Positions 41,846 to 51,418 are shown, numbered from the stretch's first letter. The stretch is 64,000 bases of DNA from Candidatus Parcubacteria bacterium (GCA_003599635.1 QZIX01000002.1:18224-82223), one strand, 5' to 3'. Program-made: numbers and translations. Notes: generated by a model from the sequence alone, not told the origin.

Positions 41846-42226
41846 TTATTTTACCAGCAATTTAATATAAAAAAAAGGAGCGTTTAGCTCCGTATGGTTA
41901 TAAATCGCGAAAAATTTTCCGAAGATATTCTCATGCAAAAGAAAAAAAGCAGAAAGCGCAAATACCGCTATGATTATCTGGATTGCACAGGTTACATCCG
42001 TCGCTATAAACAGCCTCGGGGTCAGGGATACTATGCAAGAACAAAGAAGGTAAAGTGTTAGAAGGAAGAAAAAGAAAATAATTCTAAGCGTTAACTGTTG
42101 TACTTTCTCCAGAAATATCATTATTTCCTTAAAATAATAGCCGATTACAACGACAAGGGTAAATAAACTGTAAATGCAATTGGGTTTCGCTTGAACTAAA
42201 AGATCCAGATTACAAAAGCAATGCAA
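41846..42226 (-). CDS. hypothetical membrane protein (TTG start; possible 5' frame break)
   Basis: 126-aa hydrophobic ORF. An SD-led ATG at 42270 is in another frame and stops after 24 codons. Confidence 0.35.
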   Translation of the reverse strand: MHCFCNLDLLVQAKPNCIYSLFTLVVVIGYYFKEIMIFLEKVQQLTLRIIFFFFLLTLYLLCSCIVSLTPRLFIATDVTCAIQIIIAVFALSAFFLLHENIFGKFFAIYNHTELNAPFFYIKLLVK

Positions 42227-42320
42227 AAATGCATTACCATGTCATACCTTCTGCTAGTTTCAATGTCCATAAGAAACCTCCTTTTTCAACAAGTTTAGCA
42301 AAAAAAATAAAAAGGCAAGA

Positions 42321-43046
42321 TTAGGCTAGGGAATGTTTTGTTTTAATAATTTTAACCGCTGACTCATATTCCTTAATATTTTTAGGTTTAAAACCAATTT
42401 TGTCCCAAGGTATTTCAAATAAAACCTTCGGCAGCCAATTGCTGATCCTACCGTTTCTTGTCATAATTTTGAATAAATATTCAGGTAACCAAATTCCGGT
42501 GTGGCCGTTTTCAAGCATAGTCAGCCATAAATCCCAATCCTGAAAACGTTTAATATTTTCGTCAAATCCAGGAAAATGCTTTCTTAAAATTAACGAAGTG
42601 GTGTGAATATACGGTCCTTGTTTTAATTTCAGGATGTCAAAATTCCACAATTTAAATTTTTTCCAGCCATAGGTAAAGGATGTGTAACAAAATGATTTAT
42701 TACTATTTTTTTCCAAAAAGATTATTGTTTTTGAAAGAAATTTGGGGTGAAGTTTGATATCTGCGTCGCAAAATATTATATATTTTGCCTGCCCTTCCCT
42801 GGCACCCCGATTTCTGGCGGCATTTGAGCCCTTGTTTTCCTGATTGATAATTTTTATTTTTTTCAATTCATCATCTGAAAGCCATGACATAAATTTATTA
42901 ACCATATCCAAACTGCCGTCAGAAGAACCGTCATTTACCAAAATCAGGCTATAATCTTTAAAATCCTGGCCAAAAATGCTCTGTAAACAAAAATTAATGG
43001 TTTTTACATTATTATAAAATGGTACGACTATATCGACAATTGACAT
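42321..43046 (-). CDS. family 2 glycosyltransferase
   Basis: Motifs VDIVVPFYN...LILVNDGSSDGS...FCDAD. Confidence 0.8.
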   Translation of the reverse strand: MSIVDIVVPFYNNVKTINFCLQSIFGQDFKDYSLILVNDGSSDGSLDMVNKFMSWLSDDELKKIKIINQENKGSNAARNRGAREGQAKYIIFCDADIKLHPKFLSKTIIFLEKNSNKSFCYTSFTYGWKKFKLWNFDILKLKQGPYIHTTSLILRKHFPGFDENIKRFQDWDLWLTMLENGHTGIWLPEYLFKIMTRNGRISNWLPKVLFEIPWDKIGFKPKNIKEYESAVKIIKTKHSLA

Positions 43047-43276
43047 ATATTTCTTATAAACTATAATTAAAACACAAAAAAGGAGGGAGTAAAATGAATG
43101 TCATGCACAACTGGCAAGATCCATATAATCCGCAAAACTCAGGGCATATGGATGCAAGGGAATTAATTGAACGTACCCGGATTAATTTCCCTGGTATTTC
43201 CTTGCAAAAATCGACCACACCACGATGTTCATAGTGGAAAAAATACACGATGCCGAAACCGCCAATCGGCATCTTT

Positions 43277-44296
43277 TTATTTAAGACAAGCGATTATGGC
43301 GCTTGAAATGTCTTCGGCTGAAAGTGATTTTACCAGATATGAACGCTTTACCTGCTTAACAGCATCACCCACACCGCCGCTAATATAGGCAATAACCGGT
43401 TTATCGAATAAATCCGCTTCCAAATACACTGTGCCAAACCCTTCCACGTCTCCGTTTTCAAGCTCAAATGGTGTCATTATAAAGGCGCTGCAGAGTTTAT
43501 AAAATGCTGCCAATTCTTCCATACTGATACTGCCTGTAAATATAACCTTAGGAGCCACATTTAGATTTTCAGACAGTTTTTTTAAAGCTGGAAGTTCCGG
43601 CCCTTCCCCCACTATAACATAAACCAGATCTTTTAAGCTTTCAATCGATAGCGGTAACGAACTTATAACCTTGTCAAAACCTTTACGCTTTACGATTCTG
43701 CCCACGCTCAGCAGAATTTTTTTACCGGCAAGACTGTATTTATTGTTCAATTTTTCGATTGTTTGCTCACTTAAACTGTTGTATAAATTCCTGTCAACTT
43801 CCGGATAAACAATTGATATTTTACCGGCTTGGGCGCCCAGACGTAAAAGCTGTTGTTTTGTGTAAAGACTGTTAACTATAATTCTTCCGGATTTTTTAAT
43901 TATACTTTTCAGGATAATTTTTTTAAAAAACCTTTTTGACGGCAATGCCACATCCAGACCGTGAAAAAAAACCGTATATTTTACCCGACAAAAATAAACC
44001 GCTTCGCCTACCGGCAGAGCCTGTCCGACATAAACTTCATCAATTTGATATTTTTTGATGATCTTTTTTAAAATAAAAATCATCTTTAACCATCTTGGCC
44101 AGAAAGATTTGTATAATAAATTTTCCCTTAATATTTTGAAGCTCTGCTGACTGTCAAATTCGAAATGTTTATCATTTTTTGCTGTTAATACTATAATTTC
44201 ACCATTGTCAAATCTTCGGCAAAAATTTTGATAATAATTGGCAACACCGCCTATATAAGGGGGAAATTCAGTTGTTACTAGGAGTGACCTTTTCAT
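43277..44296 (-). CDS. family 4 (GT-B) glycosyltransferase
   Basis: C-terminal EGFGTVYLEADLFDKPVIAY..GG..D motif. Confidence 0.85.
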   Translation of the reverse strand: MKRSLLVTTEFPPYIGGVANYYQNFCRRFDNGEIIVLTAKNDKHFEFDSQQSFKILRENLLYKSFWPRWLKMIFILKKIIKKYQIDEVYVGQALPVGEAVYFCRVKYTVFFHGLDVALPSKRFFKKIILKSIIKKSGRIIVNSLYTKQQLLRLGAQAGKISIVYPEVDRNLYNSLSEQTIEKLNNKYSLAGKKILLSVGRIVKRKGFDKVISSLPLSIESLKDLVYVIVGEGPELPALKKLSENLNVAPKVIFTGSISMEELAAFYKLCSAFIMTPFELENGDVEGFGTVYLEADLFDKPVIAYISGGVGDAVKQVKRSYLVKSLSAEDISSAIIACLK

Positions 44297-45728
44297 CTTC
44301 AGCGCTAAAAATTATTTTACCTAAATTCCTGATATCTTTTGATGTAAACGTTTTTAACAGGTAAAGCACGGCAAAATAAACCGTGGCGGCCAGGCCGATT
44401 ACGAAAATTATGTTAAAATCGGATAAAATCTTAAGCGTTATTACCATTGCCGATGAGGCAACTATTATTTTATACAGGTATCTGGCTATATATGAACCGG
44501 TTTTCGGCAATAATTTTCTTACTGCGTTTGTGTCAAGCGCCACTAATGCAATATTAGTACAAAGGAAAGCCATTCCTGAGCCGAGCTGATCATACCTTGG
44601 TATAAGCAAAATATTCAAAAATAAGGAAACCAATGTGATAATGCCGCGGTTTATGGTATTTTTATTCTGGCGGTCGCACGCGTTAAGAAGCGTGCCTGTG
44701 GCAAAAGCGACGAATATAAATGGCATGGCCAAAGCCATAACTTTAAAGGTACTGACCGATTGCTGGTACTGCGGCCACAAAAGATCGATTATTTTAGGAG
44801 CTAAGACGTAAATTCCCAATGATGACGGAACACTTATCAACAGCAGATAAAAAACGGAATTTTCGAACGAATTTTTTAAAAATTCCTTCGATGTTATGTA
44901 GAAATTACTGAAAGCCGGGTAAATTGCCGCGGCAAATGAACCGGCAACTATCATTTGGATGGCAAAAATAACTTTTGCCGGCACGGCGAAAAAACCAACG
45001 GCTTTGTCACCGGAAATATAGCCGAGCAGCACTGAATCGGAAGTGTTGTAAATTTTAATAAAAATTCCAGCCAACGCGAACGCAGGCAATATTTTCAGCA
45101 AAATCTTAATCGTTTCTTTATCCCAGGAAGGCATTAAAGAAAATTTAAATTTGGTTTTTAATAAAACCAGGGCAATTATAAAATTAAAAGCGCTGGCGCA
45201 GATCAAAGCCAGTATTAAAAATTCAAGCCGGCCTGTAAGTTTGAGCGCGAAAACACCTACCAGAATGTTTATGACCTGAAAAACGACTGAGGACATACTC
45301 TCGTATTTCAATAACTGTGTCGACCTAAATACCGAAAAAAAACTCAAAGTAAACGAATCAAGCGTCATTACTATGATCGCCAGATAGACAAGCATTCTTA
45401 TTTCACTTGATTTTCCGGTGAGATTAATGACCGCAACTGCCACAAGTATCGTTAAAATTAAAAGCGGTATTTTTAATGCGAGAATGTTTTTTAAATATTT
45501 ATTCGTTCTTGAAAAATTTTTTGCCCCTTCGCGTATCAGTATCTGACTTAAACCCAAATCAATGAAAATCGAAAACAGGGTTGTAAATGAAAGCGCGAAT
45601 ACATATTTGCCCAAATCACTGGGGAATAAATTGTTTGAAATAAACCAAAAATAAAAAAAGGACAGTGTTTTTTGCAATATGAGGGAAGCAGTCAACCAGG
45701 TCGTATTTTTGGCGATTTTTTCAATCAT
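44268..45728 (-). CDS. polysaccharide flippase (Wzx/MOP superfamily)
   Basis: 486 aa, about 12-14 TM segments, Wzx-like N-terminus (NTTWLTASLILQKTLSFFYF). Confidence 0.75.
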   Translation of the reverse strand: MIEKIAKNTTWLTASLILQKTLSFFYFWFISNNLFPSDLGKYVFALSFTTLFSIFIDLGLSQILIREGAKNFSRTNKYLKNILALKIPLLILTILVAVAVINLTGKSSEIRMLVYLAIIVMTLDSFTLSFFSVFRSTQLLKYESMSSVVFQVINILVGVFALKLTGRLEFLILALICASAFNFIIALVLLKTKFKFSLMPSWDKETIKILLKILPAFALAGIFIKIYNTSDSVLLGYISGDKAVGFFAVPAKVIFAIQMIVAGSFAAAIYPAFSNFYITSKEFLKNSFENSVFYLLLISVPSSLGIYVLAPKIIDLLWPQYQQSVSTFKVMALAMPFIFVAFATGTLLNACDRQNKNTINRGIITLVSLFLNILLIPRYDQLGSGMAFLCTNIALVALDTNAVRKLLPKTGSYIARYLYKIIVASSAMVITLKILSDFNIIFVIGLAATVYFAVLYLLKTFTSKDIRNLGKIIFSAEDEKVTPSNN

Positions 45729-45773
45729 ATAGCGAATTATACTCTAAATTAAATAAATTTTGAAGCGGCTTAA

Positions 45774-45800
45774 CAAAAAAACGGGGCTTTTACGCCCCGT
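45774..45800 (-). terminator. intrinsic terminator after the GerMN lipoprotein gene
   Basis: ACGGGGC/GCCCCGT stem followed by T7 on the minus strand. Confidence 0.7.
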
Positions 45801-45813
45801 ATTTGATTTTTGC

Positions 45814-46731
45814 TTACGGTTGTAAAATATCTTCCGTTCTGCCATTTATTGATATTATCACGTTTTCTACGGTGGCAAATTGCTTAAGTGTTGTTGTAAT
45901 TTGCGATCTAATGGCAGCAACCCGGCACGAACCTCCGACGGCAGCTTCCAGCCTGTCATCAAAATCAGCATAGGCTGTTTTGTCTTTTATAATCAGGCTC
46001 TGAAGTTTAACACCGCTGTTAATACTGGTGTAGAATTTTTCATTTATTTCTTCCGGTGTGGGGCCCTTTAACAGTTCTTCTATGGCGGCTTTGCCGACAG
46101 CTTCGGTTTTGGCGATTCTTCTTTGAATCGGATAAACCAATCTACAATCCATAACTTCGGGGTTGAGTTTTTCCGATCCAAAATAAACATTTACTGTCAT
46201 ATCTTCAACGGCTATAAATTTTACCGGAATAATTACCTTGTCTGTTTCAGTGCCGTCTTTGGCCGAATACTGAAAAACTTCAACTATTCCCGTTTCGCTG
46301 GCCGGTTTATTGTAATTCACCTGGATGTTAAAAGAACCGAAATAACCTGCATCCGGACTCTCAGACATAGCTGTAGTTTCAGCTAATTTGTTACCTTTAT
46401 TATCACTTACTCTTACTATAAACGTGTTTTCGAAAACCCGCGCGTCACCTTTTACAATCAGAGGTAATCCGATTTCCTGATTGTCCTTCGGCTCAGAAAC
46501 AAATATATTTTGTTTTACGGCCTGACATGTCTTTATAGTCGTTGTTTGATCATCAGGGCACGGCGTTTGACGGCATTTTTCACCTTGCTGGCAATCAAGT
46601 TCCTGGTCGCAGGTACTTGTGCAGTTCTTAGCAGTAACATTTTGGTTGGTACCGGTGTTTTCCCTGCCATTTTTTAAACTACAGCCGGCTATAAGCAGCA
46701 GGATTGCCGCCAGGATAAGAATTTTTTTCAT
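45814..46731 (-). CDS. lipoprotein with Ig-like (Gmad2-type) and GerMN-like domains
   Basis: Lipobox LLIAGC and a Cys-rich linker. The C-terminal YFGSEK...AAIEELLKGPTPEE...ADF region is GerMN-like. Confidence 0.65.
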   Translation of the reverse strand: MKKILILAAILLLIAGCSLKNGRENTGTNQNVTAKNCTSTCDQELDCQQGEKCRQTPCPDDQTTTIKTCQAVKQNIFVSEPKDNQEIGLPLIVKGDARVFENTFIVRVSDNKGNKLAETTAMSESPDAGYFGSFNIQVNYNKPASETGIVEVFQYSAKDGTETDKVIIPVKFIAVEDMTVNVYFGSEKLNPEVMDCRLVYPIQRRIAKTEAVGKAAIEELLKGPTPEEINEKFYTSINSGVKLQSLIIKDKTAYADFDDRLEAAVGGSCRVAAIRSQITTTLKQFATVENVIISINGRTEDILQP

Positions 46732-46746
46732 ATGTTTATATAGTTA

Positions 46747-48249
46747 TTAAAAGCCAGGACACTGTTTTTTTATTTCTTTACCGATGCCGCTGTAAAATTT
46801 TGTAAAATGTTTTCTGAATTCCGCTGCCAGATAAACAGCGGTGCGCCGGTATTCATTTTTGTTCTTCCAGTTTCTTTTTGCCAAAGGTTGAATCTTTATA
46901 CCAGGCAATTTCCTTGGTACCTGGAGGTGAAATAAATTATCCTCTTTATATTTTAATTTGTCAAGCCTGTCTTGAAGAATTAAATTGACTATTTTTTTGC
47001 TTACTGCTATGTCGATTCTGTGTCCGATGCCGTATGGTCCGCCGGTCCAGCCGGTATTGACCAGATAAATTGAAGATTTGTGTTGCTGGAGCTTTTTTTT
47101 GAATAAATCCAGATAATCCCGGGGGTAGTTGGGCATAAACGGTTCACCGAAAAATCTGCTGAACGTATTGATCGGGCGGATCGTTCCGATTTCAGTCCCG
47201 GCCAGTTTGCTTGTGTAACCCATTAAAAACCATAAAAGTGCAGAATCTAAAGATAATTTGGCTACCGGGGGCAAAACGCCGTTGGCATCAGAGGTCAAAA
47301 AAATAATTCTTTTGGGATGTTTACCGATGCCGGATAATTTGGCATTTTTCAAAAATTTCAATGGATATGAAACCCGCGAGTTTTCAGTCAGCCTGCCGTC
47401 GTTTAAATCGATGATGCCGTTCGGATATATCATGGCATTTTCAATTATCGTGCCGTCCTTTAAATAATGTCTGTCGCTGAAAACTGCCCTGAAAATTTCC
47501 GGCTCTTTTTGTCGGTTAAGATTTATAAGTTTGGCATAACAACCATATTCAAAATTGCTTATTCCGTAATCTGACCACCAATGTTCATCATCGCCGATTA
47601 GTTTTAAATTTTTATCGGACGATAGCGTAGTTTTACCGGTACCGGATAATCCTAAAAACAGCGATGTGTTGCCTTTTATATCTTCGTTGGCCGAACAATG
47701 CAAAGGTAGCACGTTATGAAGCGGCAGAAGATAATTCATGACAGTAAACAGCAGTTTTTTTATAGCGCCACAGTAAGAACTGCCAAAAATTAATCCGATC
47801 CTTCGGTCAAGATCCATTACTATCCCGATATCAGAGTCATGATTATAAGTTTTTTTCAGCCATAAATGATATTTTTTCGACTTTATCTTATCATAAGGCA
47901 AAACCAGCAGGCGAAATTCTTTTTTATAAAATACGCTTTTATAAATCTTTCTGCTTTTCGGTAAAAACATATTATCGGCAAAAAGCACACTTAAAGCCCG
48001 GTCAGAAATTATTTTTAACGGCAAAGCGAAATTAATATCAGTGCCGATTATTTTGTCAGCCGCATAAATCTTTGGCTTTTGCGCCATCACTTTCCGGGCC
48101 TCAGCCAAAAGAAGATCAAAAATATCGCGTCTCATTTTATTGCAATAATCCGAATTCCAGTCGATGTGGCGGTTACTGGGAACGCTATCGACAATGAAAG
48201 TATTTTTAGGGCTTCTGCCTGTTGATTCATGGCTGCTCCAGGTAGCCAA
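46747..48249 (-). CDS. pckA: phosphoenolpyruvate carboxykinase (ATP); the N-terminal ~40 codons lie in another frame (48132..48368)
   Basis: Motifs TGRSPKN and GLSGTGKTTLS (kinase-1a). The upstream ORF encodes the PckA N-terminal segment ...NLPRKQLIRQAIVNKEAILERSG. Confidence 0.9.
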   Translation of the reverse strand: MATWSSHESTGRSPKNTFIVDSVPSNRHIDWNSDYCNKMRRDIFDLLLAEARKVMAQKPKIYAADKIIGTDINFALPLKIISDRALSVLFADNMFLPKSRKIYKSVFYKKEFRLLVLPYDKIKSKKYHLWLKKTYNHDSDIGIVMDLDRRIGLIFGSSYCGAIKKLLFTVMNYLLPLHNVLPLHCSANEDIKGNTSLFLGLSGTGKTTLSSDKNLKLIGDDEHWWSDYGISNFEYGCYAKLINLNRQKEPEIFRAVFSDRHYLKDGTIIENAMIYPNGIIDLNDGRLTENSRVSYPLKFLKNAKLSGIGKHPKRIIFLTSDANGVLPPVAKLSLDSALLWFLMGYTSKLAGTEIGTIRPINTFSRFFGEPFMPNYPRDYLDLFKKKLQQHKSSIYLVNTGWTGGPYGIGHRIDIAVSKKIVNLILQDRLDKLKYKEDNLFHLQVPRKLPGIKIQPLAKRNWKNKNEYRRTAVYLAAEFRKHFTKFYSGIGKEIKKQCPGF

Positions 48250-48411
48250 CGTCCTGATCTTTCTAAAATCGCCTCTTTATTCACTATCGCCTGCCTGATA
48301 AGCTGCTTTCGAGGTAAATTACAATAAAAATCGCTCGTTTCTAAAAATTTTTGTAGTTGATCCTTCATATGATAAAGATTATAACACAACCATCGTTAAC
48401 TAAAAAACGGA

Positions 48412-48441
48412 CCCCTGACAGGGGTCCGTTTAAATTTATTA
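48412..48441 (-). terminator. intrinsic terminator after rpsI
   Basis: CGGACCCC-tgaca-GGGGTCCG followed by T6 on the minus strand. Confidence 0.8.
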
Positions 48442-48445
48442 TAGC

Positions 48446-48883
48446 TTAACGTTTCGAAAATTGCGGAGCGCGTCTTGCTCTTTTGAGTCCGGGTTTTTTC
48501 CTTTCCTTTTTCCTCGGGTCGCGTTTCAACAGCCCCAAAGGTTTTAAAGTCTTTCTCCATTCAGGTTCAATTTTTACCAAAGCTCGTGTAATGCCGTGAC
48601 TTACGCTTTCTGCCTGACCTCTTATGCCGCCGCCGCCGACTTTTACAGTAACATTTAATTTGCTTCGTTCACCGACCAAATCCAGCGGTTTAGTAACTAT
48701 TTCCTTGAATTCAGTCAGACTGAAATACTTATCATAAGGTTTCTGATTGATAATTATTTCACCGTTGCCTTTTTTGATCAATCTTACCCTGGCAATGGCC
48801 GTTTTTCGTCTGCCCACCGCGTAAATATAGTCCTTTTTCGATTTAATTTTCTGCTCCTTTGGTTTTTCGATATTTTTATTCAT
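48446..48883 (-). CDS. rpsI: 30S ribosomal protein S9
   Basis: GGGIRGQAESVSHGITRAL and a C-terminal ...RRAPQFSKR. Confidence 0.95.
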   Translation of the reverse strand: MNKNIEKPKEQKIKSKKDYIYAVGRRKTAIARVRLIKKGNGEIIINQKPYDKYFSLTEFKEIVTKPLDLVGERSKLNVTVKVGGGGIRGQAESVSHGITRALVKIEPEWRKTLKPLGLLKRDPRKKERKKPGLKRARRAPQFSKR

Positions 48884-48885
48884 AA

Positions 48886-49254
48886 TTATTTAAATTGAAG
48901 ACGTTTTATTCTTTCATTTAAAAGCTTATTTTTCGGCAGCATTTTTTTTACTGTTCTTTTAATAACCTCCCGGGGATTTTTTTCAAAAACATCTCTAAGA
49001 CTTTCAGTTTTTAAGCCGCCAGGATATCCGGAATAACTTTTATATTTTTTCTGGGTCATTTTATTTCCGGTGATAATTATTTTACCGGCGTTAATTACAA
49101 TTACATAATCGCCGTAATCGTTGTTTCTGCTGTAAGATGCCTTATTCTTGCCCATAAGTATTTTTGCTATCTTGGTTGAAACTCTGCCCAAAACTTGCCC
49201 TGAAACGTCAATTTCATGCTTTTGTCGGTTTATTTTTTTTTCAGTGTTTTTCAT
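48886..49254 (-). CDS. rplM: 50S ribosomal protein L13
   Basis: L13-like sequence (GRVSTKIAKILMGK, VIVINAGKI) directly upstream of rpsI. Confidence 0.9.
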   Translation of the reverse strand: MKNTEKKINRQKHEIDVSGQVLGRVSTKIAKILMGKNKASYSRNNDYGDYVIVINAGKIIITGNKMTQKKYKSYSGYPGGLKTESLRDVFEKNPREVIKRTVKKMLPKNKLLNERIKRLQFK

Positions 49255-49256
49255 AC

Positions 49257-49607
49257 TTAAACAAATTCTATTTTAACCATCTTGGCATTATCGCCCTTCC
49301 TGGAACCCACATTGGTTATTCTCGTATAACCGCCGTATTTTTGCTGATACTTGGGTCCCAATATTTCCTGACATTTGTTTACCGCTTTTTTTGAATACAA
49401 AATTTTCAGCAGCTGCCTTTTGCTGTTTATATCGTTTTTTTTGCACAGCCGGATCAATTTTTCCACAAACGGTTTTAACGCCTGGGCTTTTGACTTTGTT
49501 GTCTTAATTTCTTCGTAAAGCACAAGACTGGTGGCCAAATTCCTCATCATCGAATTTCGCGATTCTTTTTTTCTGCTTAAAATTTTACCTTTTCTTTTAT
49601 GCTGCAT
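49257..49607 (-). CDS. rplQ: 50S ribosomal protein L17
   Basis: KLSR...RNSMMRNLATSLVLYEEIKTT is L17-like; follows rpoA. Confidence 0.9.
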   Translation of the reverse strand: MQHKRKGKILSRKKESRNSMMRNLATSLVLYEEIKTTKSKAQALKPFVEKLIRLCKKNDINSKRQLLKILYSKKAVNKCQEILGPKYQQKYGGYTRITNVGSRKGDNAKMVKIEFV

Positions 49608-49610
49608 AAA

Positions 49611-50360
49611 TTATTTTTCATCTTTTTCCTTTTTGCTTTTCTTTGTTTTTTTAGTTTCTTCCTTCCCCGCCAAAATACTAGAATCAATATAATTAAAGTG
49701 TTCCATTAAAATTTGAGTTGATTGTTTTAACGCTTCCTGGGTAGTTATTGTGCCGTCTGTTTCCAAAGTAATTAAAAGCTTGTCGAAATTTGTCATTTGA
49801 CCGACACGTACGTTTTCAAGTTTAAAACCGACATTGACTATAGGACTGTAAATCGCATCGATATTTATCTGACCGACTTCAGTTTCTTCTTTTTCGCGCG
49901 ATTCAGTAGTTATATACCCACGTCCTTTTTTTACCGTCATTTCCATTTCCAGTTCAGCATCCTTTTCAGTCAGGTTAGCCAACACAAGATCTTTGTTCAC
50001 GACTTCAACCTGTGACGGTGTTTTAATGTCTCCGGCCTTTACAATTTTCGCTCCTTTGACCGAAATCTGTATTTTTTGCGGTTCATCGCCGTGAAGCTTT
50101 AGTCTCACCTTTTTTAAATTCAGCGAAATTTCCACCAAATCCTCTTTAACATTTTGCAGCGCGGAAAATTCATGCTGGGCCCCTTTGACTTTAAACGAAG
50201 TTATGGCAGCCCCTTCTAGTGATGAAAGCAAGACTCTCCTTAAGGCATTGCCAATAGTCGTGCCGTAGCCGGGAAAACATGGCCAGATGGAAATAATGGA
50301 TTCATTTTCATTTTTCCCCTTTTCAAATGTTAAATTGGCCGGTAATGAAATTTTTTCCAT
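49611..50360 (-). CDS. rpoA: DNA-directed RNA polymerase alpha subunit, N-terminal domain only
   Basis: GYGTTIGNALRRVLLSS and the rest of the alpha-NTD are present. The protein ends after about 225 aa in a Lys-rich tail; no alpha-CTD. Confidence 0.9.
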   Translation of the reverse strand: MEKISLPANLTFEKGKNENESIISIWPCFPGYGTTIGNALRRVLLSSLEGAAITSFKVKGAQHEFSALQNVKEDLVEISLNLKKVRLKLHGDEPQKIQISVKGAKIVKAGDIKTPSQVEVVNKDLVLANLTEKDAELEMEMTVKKGRGYITTESREKEETEVGQINIDAIYSPIVNVGFKLENVRVGQMTNFDKLLITLETDGTITTQEALKQSTQILMEHFNYIDSSILAGKEETKKTKKSKKEKDEK

Positions 50361-50378
50361 ATTTGTTGAGGTTATGGA

Positions 50379-51011
50379 TTATTTTGAATAAAATTCGACA
50401 ATTAATGTCGGATTAAAAATAGATTTAATGTCATTTAAAGACGGTCTGTTAAGTATCTTGGCCTCTAATTTTTTTTGATCAAAGCTAATCCATGACGGAA
50501 TTTCTTCGTCTTCACCTTTCTTTTCCTTGAATGACTGGAATATTTTTAAATCCTGATACTGCGGTTTGATTGTTATTAAATCCTTTGCCTTAATCTGGTA
50601 TGAAGGGATATTGACCGACTTTCCATTGACCAAAAATATACCGTGATTTATCAGCTGCCTTGATTGATTTCTTGATTTACTGATCCCAAGCTTATAGACA
50701 ACATTGTCAAAACGCATTTCCAGCGCCTGCAAAAGCAGTTCAGCTGTATTGCCTTTCTTTTTTATGGTCTTTACATAATAATTTCTGAACTGTCTTTCCA
50801 GAATGCCGTAATATCTTTTCGCTTTCTGTTTTTCTTTTAATTGCGCGCCAAAACTGGTTGTATAACGGCTGCCTTTGGATCCGTGTATTCCCGGCGGATA
50901 ATTTCTTTTTAAAATAGCGCATTTGGCCGAAATACATCTTTCGCCCTTTAGAAAAAGTTTCTCGCCCGCCCTGCGGCATTGTTTACATTTTGGATTTAAT
51001 GATTTTGCCAT
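50379..51011 (-). CDS. rpsD: 30S ribosomal protein S4
   Basis: N-terminal CKQCRRAGEKLFLKGERC plus an S4 RNA-binding domain. Confidence 0.95.
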   Translation of the reverse strand: MAKSLNPKCKQCRRAGEKLFLKGERCISAKCAILKRNYPPGIHGSKGSRYTTSFGAQLKEKQKAKRYYGILERQFRNYYVKTIKKKGNTAELLLQALEMRFDNVVYKLGISKSRNQSRQLINHGIFLVNGKSVNIPSYQIKAKDLITIKPQYQDLKIFQSFKEKKGEDEEIPSWISFDQKKLEAKILNRPSLNDIKSIFNPTLIVEFYSK

Positions 51012-51025
51012 TGTACTAATATAAA

Positions 51026-51418
51026 TTATACTCTTCTGACTTTTTTAGGACGACAGCCGTTATGGGGTATCGGGGTCACATCCTTTATTGAAATGATATT
51101 CAAACCATTTACGTTTAAGGCACGAATTGCTGCCTCGCGACCTGATCCGATACCTTTGACAAAAACCGCAACATCTTTAACCCCGAAATCCTTGATTTTG
51201 TCTATCGCCTTTTTTACTATGATACCGGCCGCATAAGGTGTTGATTTTTTCGGTCCTTTGAATCCAGACATACCGGCGCTGGATTGAGCCAGCGTATTAC
51301 CTGAATTATCGGTAAAAGTGATTAAAGTATTATTATAAGTAGCTTTAATATAAGCTCGTCCCGTGCTGACCTGCCTGATTATTCTTTTTTTTGATTTAGT
51401 CGTTTGTTCTTTTACCAT
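51026..51418 (-). CDS. rpsK: 30S ribosomal protein S11
   Basis: S11-like (GFKGPKKSTPYAA...DVTPIPHNGCRPKK). Confidence 0.95.
   Translation of the reverse strand: MVKEQTTKSKKRIIRQVSTGRAYIKATYNNTLITFTDNSGNTLAQSSAGMSGFKGPKKSTPYAAGIIVKKAIDKIKDFGVKDVAVFVKGIGSGREAAIRALNVNGLNIISIKDVTPIPHNGCRPKKVRRV

Noticed and set aside
38174-46731. The glycan locus (O-antigen ligase-like gene, two GT2, one GT4, a Wzx flippase and a lipoprotein) as a novel system
   Set aside because: This is an ordinary Wzx/Wzy-type surface polysaccharide gene set. Apart from the frame break at 42.2 kb and the ambiguous gap at 43.1 kb, reported separately, nothing is unusual.
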